Below, piece by piece: positions 1 to 15,007 of a stretch of 64,000 nucleotides of DNA. How positions within the stretch are numbered: the stretch's first letter is position 1; every line of letters begins with the position of its first letter. The DNA comes from Lytechinus pictus (taxonomy: Eukaryota), in the NCBI RefSeq assembly GCF_037042905.1, contig NW_026974146.1:620001-684000 (forward strand), read 5' to 3'. The translations under genes and the position numbers were made by a program. The notes under the pieces are model-generated. The model was not told the origin of the DNA, ran no database searches, and saw only the letters and a list, made by a program, of their open reading frames with translations.

Positions 1-855
1 ACACATAAGATTTAAAATCAAAACAACATTACAACTATTCATTTTTAATATAAATCTATTCATTATGAGTACTATAAAGCCATTGAGATTTATATTCTAC
101 AGATATATGTCATCAGACACCAACTCACTAAACATAGGTTGAGCAGGACAAAAACATATTTATTGTCTTGCCAACAGATATATGTAAAGTTGGTTGAAAA
201 ACATTAATTTGAAACTGATGTCAAGTTGTGAGGCAGGTATTTATCTTCTACAATATGTGAGTCAGCGAGAAAACAGTATGTTCATATTCATATCCATTTT
301 CCATTCCAGCTTTTACCCTGCATACCATCTCAATCTAAACCACCTGGTCATTGTTCATTTCATCCTATTGTTATGTTCCATGTATACACTCAATGTAGCT
401 CTCATTGTACTGTATACATTGTATGTATCATGGTCAATATCACTCTCATACACATACCACATGTACCTCTGATATTCAATGATCTACTTTCTCTCTCACC
501 TTTTTGAAGCTGATATTTCTCTTTATATCTTCCATGTGTATTATCATAAGAGATGACTAGGAAGAATCACATATGGATAAAGTTAAAAAGGTTTCCATGT
601 TTCAACATCAACCATAACCAAACACATGAAGATATAACAATTTCTCAATTACAACATACCTGTGCATTTGAACCAAATTATATTTTAAAAAAATCTTATC
701 TTGTCTCCTTTCCTTATAAACACTCTCAAACAATCTATCTAACCAGCATAAAATATGTTCTTTAATGTATTTAACACAATTAAGTTCGATAAAAACTTTT
801 TCACTATTCAAAGTTTTCCAAACATTATGTGAGAATAAAGTAAAAGCAGACATAC

Positions 856-1017
856 CTTCAAGGTTGAAGCCTTCTCATTCAGATGAGAATTGAACTCCTG
901 GTCCAAAACTCCTTGTAGCATCAGGTTAGTCAGGTTAGGTAGGGAGCATAAAGCTTCAACTAGGTGATGTGAAGAGGCTGGTGATAGCTTATAACTCTCC
1001 ATCCAAAGAGTATGGAC
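856..1017 (-). CDS. NLR LRR cassette exon A: VHTLWMESYKLSPASSHHLVEALCSLPNLTNLMLQGVLDQEFNSHLNEKASTLK
   Basis: Same splice sites, 162 nt, open; overlaps ORF 808..1002. The gene continues beyond position 1. Confidence 0.9.
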
Positions 1018-1693
1018 CTACATGTGTACAAACATTGATCATTAAACATACATGTACATATCAGATCGTACTATCATGCTGTAATGCTTCAAGTTAAACT
1101 GGTTCAAAAATGTGTTGATAAGGCTTATATTGATACATGTATTTCACAACATATAGCATTGTAGCATCCATACCTGTTTAGGCTTTATAGCTTTTCTGTT
1201 GAGGTGTATTTTGTTAAAGGACTGCATATTTTGAATATCTCTGAATCTTGAAATAAGGAATTGTTACAGGTAATCTCAGTACCCTTATTCTACATTACAG
1301 CATCACTTTCAACAATTTCTGAGATATCATGAAATGATTAATTTAAGACCATACATGTGAAGACCATAATAATCTCATATACTCTGTGATATGTTTGTTA
1401 CTTCATATTTCTATTTTCAGTAACCTTTTACCCTGCATACCATCTCAATCTAAACCACCTGGTCACTGTTCATTTCATCCTATTGTTATGTTTCATGTGG
1501 TCGCATTTCATAAGTTGGGTTTGCAAAAAGGGTGGCGTATGAACAATTTTCCTCACTGTGCCATGGATAAATTGTTGCTACATCACAGCATCTTGACCAA
1601 ATTTATTGAGTAAGATCTCATTTTGAAGCTAGAACTATAGGCCAAATATATTACTATAAATTAGATCAATACAATATCAGTAACCAAAAAATA

Positions 1694-2000
1694 CAGGGCC
1701 GGTATTCTGAAAATTGTGTTAACTTTGGTGTTAAATATCGTGTTATCTCTCTGATTTAACACGCACCTAACATACCCCAAATCGGTATTCTGACAACCGT
1801 GTTATCTCATTTCGTGTTATCTTCAGCTCCTCCCACTCTGCATCTATTCAATCCAATCAAATGCGCTGTTACAGAAACAAATGGCTCAAATATTTTAGGG
1901 AAAGGGGAGTGCGCGCTCGGTGACACGATGCCTGCATAGTGACATCATTTTGTAAGCGCATACAGTACAGCTAAATAAAATGTAGAGCTAGAAAGATACG
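1694..2000. mobile_element. Left end of a Harbinger-like DNA transposon fragment
   Basis: cagGGCCGGTATTCTGA terminus with a subterminal echo (atcggtattctga at ~1781); no matching right end found. Confidence 0.35.
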
Positions 2001-2679
2001 TGGCGAGGGGTGAATGTGACAAATATGGATTATTTAAGACAGCATGGATACAAAATTATGACAGGACACAGAGGCCTTGATCGATTGTGGAGCGGGCAGG
2101 GGACGATCGCCCCTAAAATATGGGGGCAAGCATAATTTATACATGCCCCCAATAATTTTGAGAACTTGGAAAAATAAATATGCAATGCAAATTTTGAAAA
2201 GCATGAAAAGCACTTTAAGACAAATTAAACCTGATATAGAAATATCAAACATACAAAATTTTATTTTTTTCTTTATTAAAATTTTATGCATATAGCGATC
2301 AGCCCCCCCCCCCAAACCCCAATTTTTTCACTTTTGCCCTCCCCCCCCCCCCCACATCCGAAGCATATAAATTGACTGGCGGGATAGATAAATTAAGGAT
2401 AATCTAGAAGCATTGAGAATTTAGAAAATTGTAATCATTGGAATTATATAACGATGGAAAAGGGTAAAAACAAACTGTGAATATATAGAAGAGTTCCCCA
2501 ACAACAAATGGCAAAGAAATACGTAAACTCATTACATCTCACACCGCTCTGTCAAACTTGTAGTCACAGGACTTTGCAATTTTGTAGTCCCAATTCGCTG
2601 ACACTACCGGGTAATCAATGTTCTGCATCTGAAGGTTATTTTTACCTTGAACCACTGTATCCATTTACTGTTTGCAGAT

Positions 2680-3600
2680 TTATGTTTTGAGGTTTGATAT
2701 TTAATGATAATTTTGTATACATACATGTATATACTTACATGTATATCAATATCCGTATATATCAATCCACTGTCCACATCTATCAATATCAATATTTTCG
2801 TACAGGCTGTGTGACCTTGATCCAGTACATTCTTGTACCGGTAACTGTTTGTTTGTACTTTAACATGCCTTTGAGTCACATGTATGATACTTATTGGTAG
2901 TATTACAGTATGTTTACATCTACATCAATATCTACCTGCACATCAACACCAATAACATCTATGTACATCAATAACTGCATCGAGATGTATTTCGATATTT
3001 TAAGCCTGAGGTGTACATACTGAACTTACATATATCTACATCAACATGTACATGTATAACAACAACAACAACTGTACATCAATATCTACATCTATCTATA
3101 TCAATATTTTTGCATCCAGTACATGTACATCTTTCTATTGGTTGTTTGTGCTTTACGCCCTTGATAGCACTGTATTTACATCTGTACATCAATATCTACA
3201 TATATATCAACATCAACATGTTCATCACTAAAGGGTATTTGACCTTGATCAGGTACATCCCTGTATTGTTTGTTTGTTCTTCATTGCATTGTACTTACAT
3301 TTATCTACATCTACATCAATATATCAACACCAATATTTAGGTACGTCACTATCGATATCTTCAATATTTTCTTCTTAAGTTAAAAGGCTGTTCTACAGTG
3401 TACCTTGAATCAGTACATCCTTGTAATGTTTGTTTGTACTGTACATGCCTTTGAGGTGTTATATTTATTGATTGTATGGCATGTTTACATTTATTCACAT
3501 TAACATGTATATCAATACCATCTTTACATCAATATCCACATCTATCTATATCAATATTTTTGCATCCAGCACATATTCTACTGTAGACATGCAAGAATAG
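2680..3600. repeat. Degenerate tandem/low-complexity repeat (catctacatcaatatc-rich)
   Basis: Recurring blocks 'gaccttgatc.gtacat.c.tgta..gtttgtttgt' at ~2813, 3241 and 3402. Confidence 0.6.
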
Positions 3601-3918
3601 TACTGCGTTATTCCAAGCTGTGTGTGTTATTTCCAGAAGATAGGACAGTCTTTTTTATAATTCCTTTTTTTTTTTACTATGTATTTTGCAGATTCTAGTC
3701 TTATATTTGAAAAGACACATTGTTATAATTCCTATTTTTGATGTTATATTCCTTATAATTCTGCATTTCTTTCTTTGTTTGTTTTTTGTTTTATTCAAGA
3801 TTGTTATCTTCAACTGTCGTTGCCCCCCTCTTAGTTAGGTGTTATTCGATATCTTTTTTTTTTTCCTTTTTTTTTTCTTCTTCCTTTCTTTGACTTCTGT
3901 TTACGTACCTACATTTAC

Positions 3919-6900
3919 ATGTCTAGCTGTACATCATGTTGTACTTGTGAAATTATATGTGACCGAAACCATAGTCAAGCCGACTCATATGATTTTATAT
4001 GTTCCATTTGCAATGGAAAACGCTTTCCTTTTAACCATATTTTTGAAGATGATGAGTTTTTATGGGCACAACAGTTTTTTCATATGAATAAGAGCATTCC
4101 ATATGCTAATGTTCAAAATCTTAAAATTAATCCTTTTGTAATGCATAACAACCTCAAAGACGTTCATTATTCTCTCAATCTACATGCACAATCTTCTGTA
4201 GAAGATATCTCAGAGGATGAGACATTTCATTTTCCAACAAATCCATGTTCATATTATCTTCCTGATGATTTTTGTACTAAATAAAATAACTCTGATGATA
4301 GACTATCTCTATTACACTTAAATGCTAGGAGTCTCTGCTCAAATTTTAGTAAACTTGAGGAATTACTGACTTCCCTTGATTTTTCTTTTTCTGTGATAGG
4401 AATATCAGAAACTTGGCTGAATTCTTTCATGTTAACGTCTATTTATAATATATCTAATTACTCATTTGCTCACACTTGTCGTGATTCCAAGACTGGTGGG
4501 GGTGTTGCCTTGTATATTTCTGAAAACGTTGAATTTCTTGAAAGACCAGATCTGACTATAAATAATTTATTTCTTCAAACTGTTTTTATTGAAATTGTCA
4601 ATGTTAACTCTAAGAATATAATTGTTGGGAATGTCTATAGACCTCCCAATACAGAAATTGACTTGTTTTTACATGATATGGATTCTCTGCTTTCTAAAAT
4701 ACACAATGAAAAAAAAAAACTATACTTAATGGGAGATTACAATATCAATTTGTTAAATACTGATAGCCACACTATGACTAAAAGCAAAGAGTTTGCTGAT
4801 ACTATGTTCTCATACAATTTATTCCCAGTAATCACCAAGCCTACACGCATATCATATAAATCTGCTACCATAATAGATAATATTTTTACAAATGCAATCC
4901 AATTTGAATATGATAGTGGGCTACTATATTCTGACATTTCAGATCATTTCCCAATATTTTATGTTGCAAAAAAGTTTAAAAATAATTCAATTTCAAGGGA
5001 ACCCCGCCTGAAGAGAATGATAAATTATGCTGGGATCGATTGCTTAAAAAAGAAATTGAGCTGTCTAGACTGGAAACCAATCTATGCATCCAACGATGTC
5101 AACCATGCCTATGATCTGTTTTACTCAATTTTTTATGATGCCTATAATGAATGTCTTCCTACTGTTAACAGTAAAAAAAATAAAACACGATTCCACAAAC
5201 CTTGGATTTCTTCTGGCATCTTGAAATCTATAAACAAAAAAATATCCTATATAAAATTTTTCAGATACTCTGGACCAGAAAAGATTAAAAAGAAGAAAGA
5301 AGAAAAATACAAAAGCTATAAAAACTGTTTGGTAAAAGTAATTCGGTTTGCAAAAAGAGAATATTATAATAAAAAATTTAACACCTTAAGAGGTAACATG
5401 AAGAAAACATGGCAAGAAATTAATAACATATTGGGGAAAAAAGCTCAAATTTCTCTACCAACCAAAATGTTTTACAATAATGAATCTTTTGATACCAATC
5501 AAATGAAATCTAATTATTTCAACAGATATTTCCCAAATTTGGGCAAAAATCTTGCTCAAGTTATCCCCGACTCCCACACAGAGTTCATGTCTTTTTTAGG
5601 AGACAAAAATATTCATTCAATGTTTTTTAAACCAACCAATATAAATGAAATACTAAAGATCTGCTCCTCCTTGAAATCAATGTTTTCCCGTGGCTCTGAT
5701 GATATTATCCCATCTATTGTAAAAAATGTATTTATCAATGTGTCCATCCACTGTGCCATATATATAATATGTCTCTTGAATATGGTGAAGTTCCTAATGC
5801 ATTTAAAATAGCTAAAATTGTTCCAATTTTCAAAAGGGTGATCGTAAAGACCAATTTCTGTTTTACCCATCTTCTCAAAGATACTAGAAAAAATTGTTTT
5901 TGAACGTTTGTACAGCTTTTTGAATCATAACAATATATTAATCTCACAGCAATTTGGTTTTTGTAAAAGATATTCAACGTACATGCCAATATTTCACATG
6001 TATGATCGTATAATGCAAGAAATAGATAAGGGTAATCTCACCATTGGTATATTTTTGGATCTCTCGAAAGCATTTGACACCGTTGACCATGACATACTTC
6101 TTAAAAAAATGAAACATTATGGGATAAGAGGTCTCGCTCTTGATTGGTTTGATAATTATTTATCAAATCGCATGCAGTATGTTGTGGTCAACGGTGTCAA
6201 GTCAACTTTCAGTCATGTATCACACGGCGTTCCGCAAGGGTCGTTCCTCGGCCCCTTGCTCTTCCTTTTGTATATCAATGACCTTATAAATTGTTCCTCC
6301 ATTCTTAATTTCATACTCTTTGCTGATGATACCAGTATTACTCTTTCTCAAAAAAATATTATTCCTCTCATTAACATCATAAATATTGAACTTCGTAAAG
6401 TCGTTGTCTGGCTTCAATGCAATAAACTTTCACTGAACCTTGAAAAAACTAAATTTGTACTATTTAAAACACAAACTAAAAAAAATTGGTAATGACATTC
6501 CTCCAATTATTACGGCAAGATTATTTCCCAGGTATCAAATATAAATTTGTTAGGTATCAAGATCAATGAATTTCTATCCTGGAAACCTCATATTGATGAA
6601 TTATGCACTCGTTTATCAAAAAGTACTGGGGCCCGTTTCATAAAACTTTTGACTTGCAGCTGTAACATCTCCCATATCTATGGCAAATCTTGTTATTGCA
6701 ATGGCAACTTGTCATAGTTGCAAATATCCGTTTCATAAAACCAATAACAAATTGTTATCGTTAATAACAATAAATAAATGAAAAATGGTTCGTGAACGAG
6801 CCTGATTTGCAGCTAACAGCCGGTTTTTTTCTTCACACACGTCGTCTGCAATAAAATATTGTTGGTGACAGAATTTATGTAAAATTTGAATCGGAGATGT

Positions 6901-9900
6901 AAGTACTTTTCAATTATCCTATTCATTCAATTATTACATCATTTGATATAGTTATAAAACGAATCGCTTCGGAAAGAATGATATTGATAGTAAATGTCAT
7001 ATTTCCATCGTTTTCTACGAGTTAAACTTGCATTTTGCCCGGGGATATCGTGGAGGCATCATCGAGATGCTGAGTGGTCGCTATCCCGGAGCTTCTGCGT
7101 AGTACACGGCAGTGTAGTACCTTGTGTTGGACTGTATTGGGTGGAACTCGGCTGAGCGGCGTTCCGAGTTTCAGCTGTCTTTCTTCTGACTTTCGGACCG
7201 TAGTCTTTAATTACCGAATTAAGTCAGTGTGATATGTGAACAGTTGTGTGAGAGTGTGCCTTAATTTTTTGTGGCTTGGGTTGTTATGGGTGACAAAAAT
7301 ACAGTCGAGTCTTGAGAAGCATTGCATTGGAATAGGTGTCGGCTGTCGCGTCTGTCGATGGGTGTTCACGCTCATGTTCGACCTTGCCTTGGCTTGGGCA
7401 TGTTTTTTCTTGGGGGGGGTGACAAAAACCAATATTCTCTGTAACTGTGAGGGGGGGGGGTGGCTTAATTGCGAGTCTCAAAAGTTTGGTGGCCAGACAT
7501 TTAAAAAAGGCAAAATTGTTTTTTTTTAAGCTGTGCCTGTGAGTGAGCCAAAATTTTTGGCCTTTTTTTTTAGAGGATTTAACTTAGTTCTAGACTCTAC
7601 AAAATCTGATTTTGTGTTAGATTTTGACCAACCCAGGCAACTGCGGCCGGCTGTGCAGTCCGCAGCCAAGGACTCATCCGTGTAATAGTTGGCAGACAAA
7701 TGGGGTAGAATTGTGGTCGCCATAGCTGCACCCAAATTAAAGGGAAAAAATGAATTATGCACTTAACCCGATTATATGGATGAAGATTGTTAAATGATAT
7801 GATGCACATTTATATAATTGACACACACTGTGAATGTACATGTGCATGCACGTATTAATCCGCACCGATACAGACATGATTGAATAAAAATCAAAGAACA
7901 AAAAAAAAATATTGCTCCAACTATCCATGTTTGATAACAAAGACATATATGTTAAGAAATAATTGGTCAACATAATCTGTAGGGGGTATTTTACAGACCG
8001 ATTGATCAACCAATGATAAGAGTTGTATTCTGACATTTAAATCCATGTTCATCTTTGACCGTTGTCAAATAAAAACTTTGCTCTGAGCAAAACATCCTCA
8101 AGGTGGTCTAAAATTCTATTAGATGAAGGTACATGTACTCATCTGTGCGAGTTCATTTACGCTTTGACTGCTATATCTACGAGTTTTATAATCAATATAC
8201 TGGTGTTCTGAAGTTGATTTGTTTATAATCAAATGTTTTTATGTTTATTCTCCTTAAAACATAATAGACGGAGACCAGCTGCGTGGCAGCAGGAGCAAAT
8301 GTTTGTTGTGATGAGGCGTATACCACCATCACCAATGCTGCAATTGCAGTCACCACCACCACTGATGGTCCACCACTTCTGCCACCACCATCAGTTCTGC
8401 GAATGCCACCACCACCACCAAGTCTGCTTCTGCCACCGCCACTACCAAGATCATTCCTGACACAAAGCTTCCAAGTCCTCAACTGACCAGCTATTGCAGC
8501 TGGAGAAGGATAGACCCGCAACTTCAAAGCCAGGGCTTGCTGGTCTCCTACAATAAGAAAAGTGCCTGGGGCCAATCTGATGAACGTGTACTTGTTGCAC
8601 AATATTTGGCCACAGTTGTAGAAATACAGAGACTAACATGCAGCCAAAGGTAAAAATCAATGTCAGATATATATGATTACAAAATGATGGATAGTCTTTG
8701 AAATATGGGTTGCAGAATGAATATCAGTAAAACCCATCATGATGTGCAGTCTGAATTAACCCTAAAAGAGCGGTGGGGGGGGGGGCAGCATTTTTTCGCG
8801 ATAAATCCACAATGTGAAACGTGGTGCCGCGTCATGACTTTTTTTTCAAGTTTCATGAGTTTTCAGACAAATTTGTGACACCGGGGTACCCGGTTGTGAA
8901 ATTATGCAATGTTATGTAAGTACATGTCAGAATTGCTTAAAAATGTGATTTCATGAACAAATCCAATGCAAATTCTATTTCTAGCCAAAATTCATAATTG
9001 TATCATACCGGTTAATATTTATTTTTACTGATTGAAATCAATTAATTTCATGTTGCTTATGATCAGAAAATTTTGTCAACAATATAAAACATTATGAAAG
9101 ATTTCTGCCTAAATGAGACAGAAAATCGTGTACATCTCTTGAACGCACACACAGGTCACGGAGTGACCCTGAGTGCAAACAGCTGACTTTGTTACAACTT
9201 GGGGAGTGATACATTTTTACAATAGGGGTGATCAAACTCACTGGAGGGACTTTAATTCACTTATAACAAAAGAAATGTTAACTACAGTACTCATGTTGAA
9301 TGCTCTGATGAAAATTATATAAGTTTCACATTCATTTGAACGAGAGGACAAGATAATTGTATATATCCAGTGCATTATGCGTGAATCATACTACCATTGC
9401 GATCCCTGCCCGGCCTATGGTTCAGGCATGACGATTCTGAGTGACGTCACCGATAGAGACCTCAAATGCCAGAAGAGCCGATTCGAAAACTAACTTCATC
9501 TAAAAAACACGTATTGAAGATAACATCCAATGGGGAAATGGCTTTCATTTTCGTGAAATATACATTCCATTCTTCAATAAATCTTTCACCCCGTCGTTAA
9601 CTGCCCATTCATTCTCGAGCAATGGGAAAATGAATACAGAGTGTCTCAAAGTTTGTGTGAAAAAAGGTGCATTTTCCATAGAACTTCTGCCAAAAAGCAA
9701 TGCGTAAGGGAAAGATTAGCCCCAAAACACGAATAGATGAGTTAATCAAATGGGATGAATCATGAAAATCAGTGAAATATAGTTTCTCCTGTCCTCATTA
9801 CTCAACGCCCCGACTTGATACGATTAATTTTTCCCCCTCTCCATCAACTTTTAAGAAAAAGGGTGCATATTTTCATAAAAATACCATGTGTTATATCGAC

Positions 9901-12890
9901 GGACGCCCGTGCGTACGAGCAGGAGGAAGCCAAATGTCTCGTATTTTTCATAATGAATCTAAAAAAAACCCAAAATCTACAGATGAAAGGGATTTGATAT
10001 CAATTAATTTTTACATGTCTGAAAAAATGACACTTCAAGGGCTTGTTTATAGATTTCCAGCCAAATTCTGATTTTATGCATGAATTAGTAAAATTTGTTA
10101 ATTAGAAATAAATTTAAATAATTTTAGAACACTCAAATTTACATTTTTTTCATCTGTGACAGGCATGTTGCATTTTGTCACAATTGTGCAATTAACGGTC
10201 AAGATCTTGAGGGCCCCCACCCCCCTTCCGCCCATCTTTCCTGCCTCGAAAATACCCTGACAGTCTTATAAGGGTTGGATTAATTTTACATTAAGCAACC
10301 ATAAAATTCTTACAATGGATTCCAGTGGCATAATGAGCCAAATCTAAATATATGGCTGATGGAACAAAAGTTCTCAAAAGATGCTAGGGAGCGAGCAAAA
10401 TTGTTGAATTTCAATTACAGAAATTGAATTTTTGGAAAGATTATGATGTAATATTCAGAAAATGATATGGAGAGCCAGACAAAGAGCCTAGAAATGTGAT
10501 TTAACCCGTAAGTTAAACTTCTTTATAATTCTGATTCACTTTGGCATAGAAAGTAAGTCACATAATAACAATTTGAATGATTTTTGTCTTCTTGATTTGC
10601 TCTTTGTCAAGAATCCAGTCCAAATTTTAGAATTAAACTCTAAGTTTGAGGTGTTGATGATTTTTTTTTCAGCTGCAAAAATAACAAACCAATATCAATC
10701 ATTGGTAGATTATTAATAATAATAACTTATTGGTGTGACTTGCTTTCTCTTGCCAAATTGGTACATGAATATTCTGCATTTCTATAATTATTGACCCTCA
10801 CCACTACCACCTAAGATGCAACATGTCAAATTACTGTCAATTTCACTTCATCATGTTTTTGATTATTAATTTGTCAGTAAAGGAGTAAAATGACTCAGAA
10901 AGATTACCCGAAGTAGCTCACAGAATTTTTTTACAGGTAGACCCTTTACATTCATTTGATGAATTGAGTTCATGCAAAATCAACTGAATGTAATGAGTAC
11001 AAAATCCTGTTAGTACACCCCACTAGGTGAGGCTATTCTGGTAGATCATCCCAGGGGGTGCCTGAGGATCTTGTCCATTTGGAGAAATCTTGCAAAGTAT
11101 CAAAAGGTGCCTCCACCCCCCCCCCCAGTCTATTAAGGGTTAACAATGAAAGTGGAATTAGGAATAACTTTGGTATCTTGCTTATATGCATTATAAATTA
11201 ATTTCTATTTCAGGCACTTCAATCACATACACAGCAGCAGGAGCAAAAACAGCAGCAACCACACAGATGTAACAACAGCATTGACCAACAGCAACAACAA
11301 CAGCAGCACAAACAATTACTGCAGGAGGTGCAAAAATCACACCGGCAACCTCAACAATATTAAGATGTCCAACAACCACTCCCGGAACGTTAAGAGCAAC
11401 CACAACTTCAGCAAGAGATTCAACAAACACATCAGCAAAAACTTACAGCAGCAGCAACAACAGCACTTATGAGATGAATCTAATTGAAACTCAAAAGCCA
11501 ATGAGGCAACATCTTTTACAAAATGAGACATCATTTATTCATTCTTTCACAGGATAAAGAAAAGCTTTTTTGAAAGTGTAAATTTGCAGGAACACAATGT
11601 ATGTTCCCTATGTATCTATTTATTGAAATAAATTTGACTTTAAAAAGAATGAATGATGATTCATTAATATCTACTTTTTATTTGTCAATGAGTAAAAATA
11701 CATTTATTTTCTACTTAGAATGACAAAAAACAATTTATCAAATCAAAATCATCAAAAATTGACCAATATGGCTCTTAGGCCCTCAAAATTGTTGGTATTT
11801 TTATTAAAAAGCTGTTTCTGTGGCAATATTTGACGCAGCTCAAATAGCAGCGGCACATATTGCCGCAGAAATTGTCACTTGCCGCAGCTCCTTGAGCTGC
11901 GGCAAATATTGCCACTGAAATTGTCATTTGCGGCAGAAAGTATCTGCGGCAAAGTTTTATGAAACGGAAACTTGCCGCTGTTTTGAGATTTGCCGCAGAA
12001 ACACAGATTTGCCGCTGAAAATGGGAGTTGCCGCTGCGGCAAATGTTTTATGAAACGGGCCCCAGGTGTCCTCCGCAAACTGAAGTTTATTTTACCCAGA
12101 CATGTATTAATTTCACTTTATAATAAATACTTTGGTTTTACCCCATCTTACTTATTGCTGTATGCTATGGGGGAATGGATTCAAAACACATTTACATAGA
12201 TTATTTCTTATTCAAAAAAGGTTAATCAGAACAGTTTGTAATGCACATTTCAATAGTCACACAAACAAGTTATTTCTTGATTGTAAAATATTGAAAATTT
12301 GTGACTTGGCTCTTATGTATACTTATATATTTATGTACAATTACCATTCAAATCTCTTGCCAAATATTTTTAATAATCTCTTCAACACAAATGCCTCTTT
12401 CCATTCATACTTTACGCGCCATTCAGCAGATCTTCACCAATATCTTCCAAAAACTAAAATTACCCAAAATTCTCTACGTTGTAGAGGAATTAAGCTGTGG
12501 AATGATTTAAATAATGATATTAAACAAAGCAAAACCCTAAATAAGTTTAAAAAGCTCTTGAAAGTTGAATTTTTTGCTCAGTATAAAAACTCTTGCCAAT
12601 AGCACACTGTAGGTCACTATGATTTATATTATTACTTCTAGTTTGCTTATTTGTTTGTTTATTTCCCCTATGTTAGCCCATTGTTTCTTGTTATTTGTTG
12701 TTCACTCTTTATGTATGCACTATATTAATTTGTATTTGATTGTACCATGGTGGTGCCCCACTCACAAGTTTTTTTTTAATGAAAACTTCTAGGGGCTCCC
12801 AATCCCATGTTTTTACCTAATTTGTATATACCTGTATTTTTATGATTGATTGAAATAAATTTTGAATTGAATTGAAAATTGAATTGAATT
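3919..12890 (+). mobile_element. Degenerate CR1/L2-group (Crack/Daphne-like) LINE, APE+RT, split by the 6629-12062 insertion
   Basis: APE motifs HLNARSL, IGISETWL, GDYN, SDHFP; RT motifs FLDLSKAFD, GVPQGS.LGP, LFADDT. There is an in-frame stop at 4282 and several frameshifts. Removing the insertion restores KSTGVLRKL. C-terminal ORF 12132..12602 is followed by AATAAA and a (GAATT)n tail at ~12854-12890. Confidence 0.9.
6629..12062. mobile_element. 5.4-kb non-autonomous PIF/Harbinger-type DNA transposon
   Basis: TIR GGGCCCGTTTCATAAAAC / GTTTTATGAAACGGGCCC, CWG flanks (CTG left, CAG right), subterminal TIR echoes at ~6728 and ~11953, and many TGCCGC/GCGGCA motifs near the right end. It cleanly interrupts the LINE. 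Confidence 0.85.
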
Positions 12891-13892
12891 GCTAATTCCT
12901 TTACTTTCTGTTTGTGCTTTTTTGGACTTTTTAAATTTTCTTCCTCTCCTTTTGTCTTTTTTATATCATGGCAAAAAGTAACCAAATAAATAACTCAAGA
13001 GCATGATAATAATTTGAATTAATCCAAATTAATAATGCATTTGAAGTGAACATAAAACTGCCTAAACAGATACCTATTCATGAGCATAAATGTGTAATGT
13101 TTCATTTGTGAACTGATGAGCTTAATTTCTTTTTATGTGCATGCATACTGCAACTTAAGATTGAAAGAAATCATGTAACTGGTTAACACTTTACTAACAT
13201 GAATATCAGTATGTAGGACTAGAGTGAAATTTCATGGTATCTTTGGAAGAGTTTTAAAAGGTGAAGAAATAAAATATCATCATTGATTTTAACATATTTT
13301 GTCAATTTTATACTAATAATTAACATACACGAAAATCGAGTTAAAAAATTATTTGTCCGGGGGTCAAACTCAAGGTCAAAGTAAAGGTCAAAGGTCACGA
13401 CCTTATAAATCGCTCCAATACATTATTTGATGCATGTTTTGGATTCCTCTCTGAGTTTCCTAATAAATGGTACCAGTTTCATGAAAATTGGTCAACACGT
13501 TACGACGCAGTGGCCATTGAAAGTTGAAGGTCACGCCCATTTTTGTCAAAACAAGGAGAAAAGGGCGGGCCGTAGTGCGAGAACTGACGGACCGATTGGA
13601 CTAATTTTTTTTGTTTTGTGCATGGGCCATGGTGAATTTTATGTGTACCAATTTACAAAGAATTCCGAGAGGGTCGGGTGCAAAATTGCACATTCACTGG
13701 GTGAATTGGCATGGAATGACCCAAAACATTTACTCATCTAGTCTCCTTTCTTATGCACTCCTAAACAATACATCTAAATAGTATAAAAAAATTATGTTCT
13801 CTAACATATTTAACACTATAAAATCAAATAAACACTTTTCATTATTCCATATTTTCAAACATGTTATGAGTATAAAGTAGAAGCAAGCATAC

Positions 13893-14060
13893 CTTCAAGG
13901 TTGAAGCCTTCTCATTCAGATGAGAATAGAACTCCTCCTCGTCACAAACTCCTCTCAGTGTCAGGTTAGTCAGGTTAGGGAGGGAGCATAAAGCTTCTAC
14001 TAGGTGATGTGAAGAGGCTGATGATAGAGGCTCATCAATCTCAATCTCAAGAGTATGGAC
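13893..14060 (-). CDS. NLR LRR cassette exon B: VHTLEIEIDEPLSSASSHHLVEALCSLPNLTNLTLRGVCDEEEFYSHLNEKASTLK
   Basis: Same splice sites, 168 nt, open (translated by hand). Confidence 0.9.
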
Positions 14061-15007
14061 CTACATGTGTACAAACATTGATTATTAAACATACACGTAC
14101 ATATCAGATGGTATGATCACACTGAAATGCTTCAAGTTAAACTGGTTCAAAAATGTGTTGATAAGGCTAATGTTTGCATCACAACATAACATTTTGGCAT
14201 CCATACCTGTTTAGGCTTCACAGCTTTTCTGTTGATGTGTATTTTGTTTACAAAAGACATTTAATACCTATGAATTTTTAAAGAAGGAATTATTACAGGT
14301 AATCTATGTACCCTTATTCAACATTATAGCATCACTTTCAACAATTTCTAAGATATCACAAATATTATCAATTTAAGATCCTACATGTGAAGACCATAAT
14401 AATCTGATAAACTCTGTGATATGTTTGTTTCTTCATATTTGTATTCTATTTTCAGTAACCTTTTACCCTGCATACCATCTCAATCTAAACCACCTGGTCA
14501 TTGTTCATTTCATTCTATTATTATGTTCCATGTATACACTCAATGTAGCTCTCACTGTACTGTATACATTGTATGTATCATGGTCAATATCACTCTCATA
14601 CACATACCACATGCACCTCTGATATTCAATGATCTACTTTCTCTCCCACATTTTTGAAGCTGATATTTCTCTTTATATCTTCCATGTGTATTATCATATT
14701 AGAGATGACTAGGAAGAATCACATATGGATAAAGTTAAAAAGGTTTCCATGTTTCAACATCAACCATAACCAAACACATGAAGATATAACAATTTCTCAA
14801 TTACAACATACCTGTGCATTTGAACCAAATTATATTTTAAAAAAATCTTATCTTGTCTCCTTTCCTTATAAACACTCTCAAACAATCTATCTAACCAGCA
14901 TAAAATATGTTCTTTAATGTATTTAACACAATTAAGTTCGATAAAAACTTTTTCACTATTCAAAGTTTTCCAAACATTATGTGAGAATAAAGTAAAAGCA
15001 GACATAC

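Noticed and set aside
194-853. Recurrent small ORFs (YPAYHLNLNHL..., MSAFTLFSH...) in each unit
   Set aside because: They recur only because the intron is duplicated; starts and frames differ between copies.
920-940. Branch-point/QKI-like CTAAC and ACTAAC motifs inside each cassette exon
   Set aside because: Fully explained by the Pro-Asn-Leu-Thr-Asn-Leu codons; no independent evidence of a splicing role.
8756-11143. piggyBac-like TTAA|CCCT...AGGG|TTAA element
   Set aside because: The termini are imperfect and there are competing right ends (~10274 and 11139), so boundaries could not be fixed.
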